A DNA stretch of 38,646 nt from Candidatus Doudnabacteria bacterium RIFCSPHIGHO2_01_FULL_50_11 (GTDB taxonomy: Bacteria; Patescibacteriota; Doudnabacteria; UBA920; 2-01-FULL-50-11). Below the pieces are notes generated by a model. The model ran no database searches. It was not told where the DNA came from and worked only from the letters and a program-made list of their open reading frames with translations. The translations under genes were made by a program, and so were the position numbers. The stretch is taken from contig MFEO01000003.1 of NCBI GenBank assembly GCA_001777585.1, forward strand, positions 1 through 38,646, in the 5' to 3' direction. Below, one piece after another: positions 32,557 through 38,646 of the stretch; position 1 is the first letter of the stretch; each line of letters begins with the position of its first letter.

Positions 32557-33807
32557 ATGGAGAAATTTGTCATAAGAGGGGGTAAGCCGCTAGCGGGATC
32601 TATTAGGATTGCAGGATCGAAAAATGCCGTACTCCCAATGCTTGCTGCGACCCTGCTCACTCGCGACGTATGTACAATCACTAATGTCCCTGACATTCTC
32701 GATGTCAGGAATTTTTTGCAAATTCTGAAAAATCTCGGATGTGAGGTTTCGATTAAGGGCGGAAAGGTGCAGATACGTGCCGCTCGACTCGTATCGACCC
32801 GATTGGACTCAAGATTAGGAAGTTCCATGCGCGCATCAGTGTTGTTATTGGGGTCCCTGCTCGCGCGCTCGGGGAGGGTGGCAAGTCCGTATCCGGGCGG
32901 CGACCTGATCGGCGTACGGCCTATTGATGTTCATGTCCGCGCATTCCGCAAGCTTGGCGCAAGTGTTGTCTTGCGCAAGCGGGGATTGCACATTCAAACA
33001 TCGAAACTTCGAGGTGCTGAATTATTTGCCGAATCCTCGGTAACAGGTACGGAGAACATTGTTCTGGCAGCTACAACAGCAGCCGGCCGTACAGTACTGA
33101 AATTGGCAGCGCAGGAACCACATGTAGTTGAGTTGTGCCGTTTTTTGGTTGCGATGGGCGCTTCTATTCAGGGTATCGGTACTCACACTTTGATAATCCG
33201 CGGAGCCAGACGTTTGCGAGGCGCGTCCGTTCGGGTGATTCCCGATATGCTCGAGGCAGGCAGCTTCGCGATTCTTGCTGCCGCGACGCGGAGCGAACTT
33301 CGGCTTCGCGATGTCGAACATAGCCACATGGACGCCGTTTACCATAATTTATTGGAAATGGGAGTGCCCTTTGACAGGGCCGGCTCCGACCTTATACTAC
33401 ATAAACCACGGCAGCTTACGGCATGTACTATTCGCACAGGCTTGTATCCCAATCTTGCGACAGATTTGCAGCCGCCATTCGGAGTGCTTGCTACCCAGGC
33501 CCGGGGTACGAGTATTATTCACGACTGGATTTTTGAGGGTCGCCTGGGATACTTAAAGCAGCTGCGGCGGATGGGCGCGAAAGCACAGATTCTCGACTTA
33601 CACCGGGCTTTGATTGAGGGACCGACCAAGCTTGGGGGTGCGACGATCGAGAGTCTGGATATTCGCTCGGGGATGACAATGGTAATCGCCGGATTGGTTG
33701 CTACAGGTAAGACGATCATTGTAAATACTCATAACATAGATCGGGGATACGAACACTTGCCGGAGCGATTGCAGGCCATCGGGGCCGATATTCAACGAAT
33801 TGAGTAG
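32557..33807 (+). CDS. murA: UDP-N-acetylglucosamine 1-carboxyvinyltransferase (Asp in place of the catalytic, fosfomycin-target Cys)
   Basis: MEKFVIRGGKPLAGSIRIAGSKNAVLPMLAA aligns from residue 1 with E. coli MurA. The active-site loop is YPGGDLIGVRPIDVH, against E. coli LPGGCTIGARPVDLH. Confidence 0.9.
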   Translation: MEKFVIRGGKPLAGSIRIAGSKNAVLPMLAATLLTRDVCTITNVPDILDVRNFLQILKNLGCEVSIKGGKVQIRAARLVSTRLDSRLGSSMRASVLLLGSLLARSGRVASPYPGGDLIGVRPIDVHVRAFRKLGASVVLRKRGLHIQTSKLRGAELFAESSVTGTENIVLAATTAAGRTVLKLAAQEPHVVELCRFLVAMGASIQGIGTHTLIIRGARRLRGASVRVIPDMLEAGSFAILAAATRSELRLRDVEHSHMDAVYHNLLEMGVPFDRAGSDLILHKPRQLTACTIRTGLYPNLATDLQPPFGVLATQARGTSIIHDWIFEGRLGYLKQLRRMGAKAQILDLHRALIEGPTKLGGATIESLDIRSGMTMVIAGLVATGKTIIVNTHNIDRGYEHLPERLQAIGADIQRIE

Positions 33808-33877
33808 ATAGAACTCATAAAAACAAAATCGAATTTTATAACAGACTTCACTCTAACTATAAGCGTTACATCCATCT

Positions 33878-34876
33878 ATGCGCATTGGCATCGACCTTGG
33901 AACAGCCAATACTCTAGTATTCGTTCCAAAAAAAGGCATTATCATCAATGAACCAACGGTGGTGGCTATTTCGGTTGCGGATAATCGTATTCTAGCCGTT
34001 GGCCAGGAGGCCAAGGAAATGCTCGGGCGCACACCTGACAGCATTATTGCCCACAGGCCCATGAAGGACGGTGTTATTGCCGATTTCCGAGTCACAGAGG
34101 CGATGTTGCGATATTTTATCAGCAAAGCTACGGGTAGATTCGCCCTCTTCCGGCCAGAGGTCATGATCTCAGTACCAGGAGGGATAACTTCTACAGAGAG
34201 ACGTGCGGTCATAGACGCAGCCCAGTCGGCCGGCGCTAAGGAAGCGTACCTGATCAAGGAGACTATCGCCGCGGCGATAGGGGCCGGTATAGATATCTCG
34301 ACGGCCTCAGGCAACCTCGTGATTGATTTGGGCGGGGGAACGACTGATATTTCAGTCATCAGTCTTGGTGGTATCGTTGCGTCAACGTCTGTGAGAGTAG
34401 CGGGCAATAAGATGGATTTGGCAATCGCGGATTACGTGCGCAAAAAGCACGGATTGGCAATCGGCGACCAGACTGCGGAGGAGATTAAGATTCGCGTAGG
34501 TTCGGCCTTGCCAGTCGAGAAGGAAGATACCGTTGAGATACGTGGGCGCGATGTCATTCAAGGCTTGCCGCGCACCATCTCAGTGTCGACCAATGAAGTA
34601 GTGGAGGCGATCGGTGATTTACTGCAAGAAATCATCGCTGCAGTCCGCCATGTACTCCAAGAGACACCACCTGAGTTGTCAGCTGATATTATCGATAAAG
34701 GCATGGTCCTAACCGGTGGCACGGCCCTTTTGCGCAATCTGGACAAGCTTATTTCACAAAACACCGGCGTGCCGGCATATGTAGCCGATGACGCACCGCT
34801 CTGCGTAGCGCGGGGGACGGGGATAGCATTGGAGCACCTGGATAGCTACAAGCAGTCTATGGTATACGCTAGATAG
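33878..34876 (+). CDS. mreB: Rod-shape-determining actin homolog MreB
   Basis: Motifs IGIDLGTANTLV, DLGGGTTD, GGTALLRNLD and the actin/Hsp70 fold phosphate loops. Confidence 0.95.
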   Translation: MRIGIDLGTANTLVFVPKKGIIINEPTVVAISVADNRILAVGQEAKEMLGRTPDSIIAHRPMKDGVIADFRVTEAMLRYFISKATGRFALFRPEVMISVPGGITSTERRAVIDAAQSAGAKEAYLIKETIAAAIGAGIDISTASGNLVIDLGGGTTDISVISLGGIVASTSVRVAGNKMDLAIADYVRKKHGLAIGDQTAEEIKIRVGSALPVEKEDTVEIRGRDVIQGLPRTISVSTNEVVEAIGDLLQEIIAAVRHVLQETPPELSADIIDKGMVLTGGTALLRNLDKLISQNTGVPAYVADDAPLCVARGTGIALEHLDSYKQSMVYAR

Positions 34877-34897
34877 GGAAAATAAATATAAAAGCCT

Positions 34898-35974
34898 ATG
34901 ATCATTGGAATCGATTCGTCTCGAGCGAATAAGGCGCAAAAAACTGGTACAGAGTGGTACAGTTTTTTTATTATCCAGGAATTAAAGAAAATAGGAGTCA
35001 AGCATCAGTTTCGTCTTTACACTAATACTTTACTTGAGCCAGCGCTCGCGGCTTGCCCTGAGAATTTCGAGCAACGCGTGCTACACTGGCCGCTCAAGTA
35101 CTTGTGGACACAAAAACGTTTATCGTGGGAAATGCTCTTGCACCCCCCAGACGTACTATTCGTGCCCGCGCATACAATCCCAATTTTCTGCCGGGCCAAA
35201 ACTGTAGTAACCATACACGATGTCGGCTTTGCAGCGCAACCGCAGCTCTATCCTTTTCACGAAAAACTATATCATCGGGCATCCGCCTGGTTCGCTGTGC
35301 ATTTTGCAGATCGTATTATCTGTCCGACCGAATTCACGAAGCGTGAGTTGATAAAGTTTTATCATGCGGACCCGGCAAAAATAGCCGTCATACCTCATGG
35401 CGTCGAAGTCCCGAAGAATATCGAGAGCACGAAGTGGAATCGTCCATACCTGTTGTACATGGGTAGGGTCGAGCAGAAGAAGAATATTATGAATCTTTTG
35501 GAAGCATATGCTCTCGTGCATATGAAACACCAGGATCTCCGCTTGATTCTTGCGGGCAGACTCGGATTTGGAGGTAAAGAATGTGTAGCTTGGGTTAATT
35601 CGCAGGGGCTGGGGCAAAGCGTGGAATTTACCGGGTCGATCATAGAGGACAGAAAATGGTCATTGTACCGCGGCGCCCTGGCTTTGGTCTTTGCCACGCT
35701 TTACGAAGGATTTGGTCTGCCCTTGCTCGAAGCGCAAGCGGTAGGATGCCCTGTAGTCACGTCTGATCTGCCTGCGCACCGGGAAGTAGCGCAAGAAGCC
35801 GCCGTATATGTGGACCCTGCGTCGCCACAATCAATAGCACAGGGAATCGAGCGTGCTTCGGATCCTGGAGTAGCGCAAAATTTGGGTAAACTCGGAAGGC
35901 TGAATGCTGCAAATTTCACTTGGTCCAAGACTGCCGCTTCAACCCTTGGAGTTTTAGAAAGTTTGGGTAGGTAG
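34898..35974 (+). CDS. Glycosyltransferase, GT4 family (GT-B fold)
   Basis: The C-terminal EX7E-type block is YEGFGLPLLEAQAVGCPVVTSD. The N-terminal half is typical of GT4. Confidence 0.85.
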   Translation: MIIGIDSSRANKAQKTGTEWYSFFIIQELKKIGVKHQFRLYTNTLLEPALAACPENFEQRVLHWPLKYLWTQKRLSWEMLLHPPDVLFVPAHTIPIFCRAKTVVTIHDVGFAAQPQLYPFHEKLYHRASAWFAVHFADRIICPTEFTKRELIKFYHADPAKIAVIPHGVEVPKNIESTKWNRPYLLYMGRVEQKKNIMNLLEAYALVHMKHQDLRLILAGRLGFGGKECVAWVNSQGLGQSVEFTGSIIEDRKWSLYRGALALVFATLYEGFGLPLLEAQAVGCPVVTSDLPAHREVAQEAAVYVDPASPQSIAQGIERASDPGVAQNLGKLGRLNAANFTWSKTAASTLGVLESLGR

Positions 35975-35995
35975 CGCAGCTTGAGGCAAAAAATG

Positions 35996-36004
35996 TGGTA
36001 TACT
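35996..36004 (+). promoter_or_regulatory. Extended -10 promoter element TGgTATACT placed 7 nt upstream of the holB ATG (predicts a leaderless mRNA)
   Basis: A TGn+TATACT motif with the -10 at 35999-36004 and the ATG at 36012. No SD is possible in the 7-nt spacer. Confidence 0.5.
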
Positions 36005-36011
36005 ATCTTTT

Positions 36012-36950
36012 ATGGAGAGAAGAAAACCGCCTATTTCAGAGAAATATTTTCCTGCCGTTTTGGGCCACGAGAAACAGAAACGTTTTTTTGTGACTGCGTT
36101 GACCACACAACGCCTTGCTCATGCGTACCTTCTTAGCGGAGAGGCGCACTTGGGCAAGACCACATTTGCCTTGAGTCTCGCCCGATGGCTTTTATGTACG
36201 GATTCTAACACGACACGACCGTGCGGAGCTTGCCAATCCTGCAGACTTCCGATCGAGAATAACCCTGACTTGAAATTCTCAGATGAAGTGACCGCGCTGG
36301 GAGTGGAGGAAATTAGGATGGTACAGGAGCAATTGTCATTGTCTGCTTTCTCTTCGGGCCGAAAAATACTAATTGTATCCCGAGTCGAGCGACTCTCAGA
36401 CCAGGCCTGTCAGGCACTTTTGAAGTTTTTGGAAGAACCGGATGCGAGCACGAACATTGTGCTCACTACTGACAATCCCGGGGCATTGCCGGCGACTCTG
36501 CGTTCCCGCGCGCAGATTGTTCGCTTCCCGAAAGTGTCTGATCAAATAGTACAACTGGCCCTTGACCGTTTCTCTATAGATGGTGATCTTAAGAAGCGAA
36601 TACTCAAAATCGCGAGAGGCGCGATCGGAGTAGCCTTGCATCTTGCGTCGGATCCGCAAGCGGTTGAAGCGAATTTGCGTCTTCAGGCATGGCACGAAGA
36701 TATGCTTATCGCATCGCGAGTAGAAAGATTGGTGCGGGGAGAGCAACTGCTGAAAGAACACTCGGACGATCTGGGTCATTTTCTTCAAGATTGGCTTTCC
36801 TATGCCGCTATGACTACGGGGCAGGGTACTGAATCTAGCACGCGCGGTGTGGCCTTGCGCTTGTGTGGGGGCCTGCTTGCAGCGCAGCGGCTTTTGGATC
36901 AGTCAGTGAACAAGCGATTGGTTCTTAATAATTTATTGTTGGAATTTTAA
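36012..36950 (+). CDS. holB: DNA polymerase III delta-prime subunit (clamp-loader AAA+)
   Basis: Motifs HAYLLSGEAHLGKTTFALSLARWLLC, the zinc module CGACQSC, and SRAQIVRF (SRC-like). Confidence 0.8.
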   Translation: MERRKPPISEKYFPAVLGHEKQKRFFVTALTTQRLAHAYLLSGEAHLGKTTFALSLARWLLCTDSNTTRPCGACQSCRLPIENNPDLKFSDEVTALGVEEIRMVQEQLSLSAFSSGRKILIVSRVERLSDQACQALLKFLEEPDASTNIVLTTDNPGALPATLRSRAQIVRFPKVSDQIVQLALDRFSIDGDLKKRILKIARGAIGVALHLASDPQAVEANLRLQAWHEDMLIASRVERLVRGEQLLKEHSDDLGHFLQDWLSYAAMTTGQGTESSTRGVALRLCGGLLAAQRLLDQSVNKRLVLNNLLLEF

Positions 36951-36954
36951 TTTC

Positions 36955-37986
36955 ATGCGACACTTTCGTTTGCTGGCTATCTCAAGCTTAGTCCTAACCC
37001 TAGCCGCCTCGTGCAACCCATTTGGGGTAAGCGGCGGGGGGGGAGGACTGCTGAAAAGCGTTGATTCGGGTGAGAGCTGGGACTTTGCTAATAAACTCGA
37101 AGCACAGGGTACTATAGCTGGGGTTACTGCAACCAGGATCCGAATTGATCGTAATAAGTCTGATCAATTGTACTTAGGAACTTCATCTTCTGGCGTCTAC
37201 TCAAGCGCCGATAGGGGAATCGTCTGGAAGCAAATACTGGCTGGACCAAAGATATTTGACCTCCAGGTAAACCCTGGAAATTCTGAAGAGATATTTGCGG
37301 GCGGCTCGTTTGGAGACGTCGCGAAAGCGTTTCGCTCCGGTGATGGCGGTCAGAGCTGGGTAGAAGCCTACTCCGAAGCCAAAGGATCCACATTTGTATC
37401 TGCCGTGGCCTATCACCCGTCTGACAATAAAATTATTTATCTCGGGCTCTCATCTGGCGAGATTGTACGTTCTGCAAATGGGGGGGAAACCTGGAATCTT
37501 TTTACCCGACTGAACGATCGGATTGTACGCATCGAGGTTGAGCCGGAAGATGCTCGGCTCATGTACGCCCTGAATTTTATGAGTGGTTTGTGGCGATCCA
37601 CCGATGGTGGTGGCACGTGGCAACAAGTAACAGATAAGATCAGCGCGCGGAATTTCCATGATTTTCGTACGGTCCGAGGTTCTCCCTCGTCTCTGTATCT
37701 TGCGACCGGCGACGGACTCTGGCACTCAAGCAACCGAGGCGAGACATGGACAAAACTTCAATTGCCCCTGCACGAGCCTACTAGTATTGTATCTTCCGTT
37801 GAATTAAACCAACGCGCACCTGCACATTTATTCGCCACAGTGGGGCAGACGCTATACATATCTTCTGACGGCGGAAATTTCTGGAAAACCAAAGCCTTGA
37901 GCACTTCGGCAACCGTTCGCGATCTGGTGCTTGACCAGAACGAAACTAACGTAATGTATGCAGCTCTTGGCGTACCAATGCAATAG
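36955..37986 (+). CDS. Putative lipoprotein with seven Asp-box (BNR) repeats, predicted 7-bladed beta-propeller (Ycf48/sialidase-like fold)
   Basis: A signal peptide precedes LTLAASC (lipobox-like) and then a Gly5 linker. Seven S-x-[DN]-x-G-x-[STN]-W boxes are present: SVDSGESW, SADRGIVW, SGDGGQSW, SANGGETW, STDGGGTW, SSNRGETW and SSDGGNFW. Confidence 0.75.
   Translation: MRHFRLLAISSLVLTLAASCNPFGVSGGGGGLLKSVDSGESWDFANKLEAQGTIAGVTATRIRIDRNKSDQLYLGTSSSGVYSSADRGIVWKQILAGPKIFDLQVNPGNSEEIFAGGSFGDVAKAFRSGDGGQSWVEAYSEAKGSTFVSAVAYHPSDNKIIYLGLSSGEIVRSANGGETWNLFTRLNDRIVRIEVEPEDARLMYALNFMSGLWRSTDGGGTWQQVTDKISARNFHDFRTVRGSPSSLYLATGDGLWHSSNRGETWTKLQLPLHEPTSIVSSVELNQRAPAHLFATVGQTLYISSDGGNFWKTKALSTSATVRDLVLDQNETNVMYAALGVPMQ
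37036..37043 (+). repeat. G8 homopolymer inside the lipoprotein coding sequence (encodes part of the Gly5 linker)
   Basis: GGGGGGGG was read directly at 37036-37043. It lies just 3' of the lipobox Cys codon. Confidence 0.9.
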
Positions 37987-38001
37987 CTAACACGCAAACC
38001 T

Positions 38002-38559
38002 ATGAGGCTACTTGCCATAGACAAGAGGTTAAAAGATTTTGAAATAGCTATCGAGCACTTACATACTGAATTAAGCTCAGTTCGCACCGGACGGGCCAAT
38101 CCAGCGCTTGTTGAAGGTGTTGTTGTGGAAAGCTACGGCACCAGGCAGCCGCTCAAGAACCTATCAACCATTTCAGTATCCGACGCGCGTACGTTGATCA
38201 TTCAGCCCTGGGATAAGAGCATCCTTTCCGACGTCGAAAAGGGCATACAAGCTTCAAACGTAGGTATCCAGCCAGTCAATGATGGCGTAAAGCTCCGGCT
38301 GGTATTACCGCCGTTGAATGAGGAACGGCGCGTTGAATTGGTAAAACTCATCAAACAGATGGCAGAGTCAGCCCGCATTAGAATGAGAAATATCCGTGAA
38401 GAGATTTGGAAGGAGATCGGCAAGCAGCAGAAGGACAAACAGATTACTGAGGACCAGAAATATCAGGCGGAGAAAGACTTAAAAGAATTGCTGGAGGGGT
38501 ATAATGAAAAGATAAAAGTGATTATTGAAAAAAAGGAAAGAGAAATTTTAACGGTTTGA
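38002..38559 (+). CDS. frr: Ribosome recycling factor
   Basis: The protein is 185 aa. Motifs LHTELSSVRTGRANPALVEGV, PLNEERR and the C-terminal coiled region are typical of Frr. Confidence 0.95.
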   Translation: MRLLAIDKRLKDFEIAIEHLHTELSSVRTGRANPALVEGVVVESYGTRQPLKNLSTISVSDARTLIIQPWDKSILSDVEKGIQASNVGIQPVNDGVKLRLVLPPLNEERRVELVKLIKQMAESARIRMRNIREEIWKEIGKQQKDKQITEDQKYQAEKDLKELLEGYNEKIKVIIEKKEREILTV

Positions 38560-38560
38560 T

Positions 38561-38646
38561 ATGATTTTTTTAACAATCATAATTTTTGTCTTAGTTCTAG
38601 GGGTACTCGTATTGGCGCACGAGCTAGGTCATTTTGCAGTCGCACG
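38561..38646 (+). CDS. rseP: RseP/site-2 protease family (M50) zinc metalloprotease, N-terminal fragment; continues beyond the window
   Basis: Hand translation gives MIFLTIIIFVLVLGVLVLAHELGHFAVA. This is a TM helix followed by the HExGH zinc motif. frr-rseP proximity is common. Confidence 0.7.
   Translation, partial: MIFLTIIIFVLVLGVLVLAHELGHFAVA

Noticed and set aside
34860-34868. TGgTATACG inside the 3' end of mreB, which resembles the recurrent extended -10 motif upstream of the GT4 gene.
   Set aside because: The invariant final T of the -10 hexamer is G, and the site lies within coding sequence. GT4 can be expressed by read-through from murA-mreB. I keep it only as a weak possibility.
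1-38646. Alternative genetic code (UGA recoding, as in some candidate phyla), CRISPR arrays, IS elements, integrases and prophage or defence islands.
   Set aside because: Many genes terminate at TGA at exactly the family-typical length (for example 302-304, 8826-8828, 13564-13566 and 38557-38559), and no in-frame TGA interrupts recognisable domains. I noticed no direct-repeat arrays or terminal inverted repeats, and no transposase, integrase, restriction, toxin-antitoxin or phage-like ORFs.

Overview
This 38.6-kb window is gene-dense. It holds about 37 protein-coding genes, all on the + strand except one (31177..32469). I found no rRNA, tRNA, CRISPR array, IS or transposase, or integrase. The standard genetic code fits, because genes end at TGA, TAA or TAG at the expected lengths.

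The gene content looks like a small-genome fermentative bacterium, possibly CPR/Patescibacteria-like. That placement is inferred from gene content only. The content includes a consolidated triose-stage glycolysis block, a two-subunit 2-oxoacid:ferredoxin oxidoreductase, AMP-forming acetyl-CoA synthetase, a PEGA-domain protein, and secreted proteins with W-x-T-Y-x-N ... T-F-K-F modules.

Hairpin/T-tract terminators and sigma70-like or extended -10 (TGnTAnnnT) promoters split the window into about 11 predicted transcription units:
1. (partial) LeuDH, ANL ligase, ThiF-like, nitroreductase-like, histidine kinase
2. pyrC
3. pyrF, pyrE-like
4. adk, map
5. htrA, ruvX, small TM ORF, galT, tpiA, RpiB-like, PfkB kinase
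6. gap, duplicated-domain protein, pgk, eno, gpmI, gpmI paralog
7. acs, small membrane protein, korA, korB
8. recJ, rnhA
9. PEGA protein (minus strand)
10. murA, mreB, GT4 glycosyltransferase
11. holB, Asp-box propeller lipoprotein, frr, rseP (partial)

The best candidate for an undescribed system is the tightly packed cassette at 301..4050. It combines a PaaK/F390-synthetase-like adenylating enzyme, a stand-alone ThiF/E1-like protein and a double-size nitroreductase-fold protein. It is translationally coupled to an upstream Leu-type dehydrogenase and is co-transcribed with an orphan multi-TM histidine kinase.

Other notable points:
- An RpiB/LacAB-fold protein in which most canonical catalytic residues appear substituted.
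- Two divergent tandem iPGM paralogs.
- A tandem-duplicated secreted domain protein wedged between gap and pgk.
- MurA with Asp at the fosfomycin-target Cys position.
- A G8 tract in a surface lipoprotein gene.
- A probable leaderless holB.

All functional calls come from by-eye motif recognition. No database search was run.
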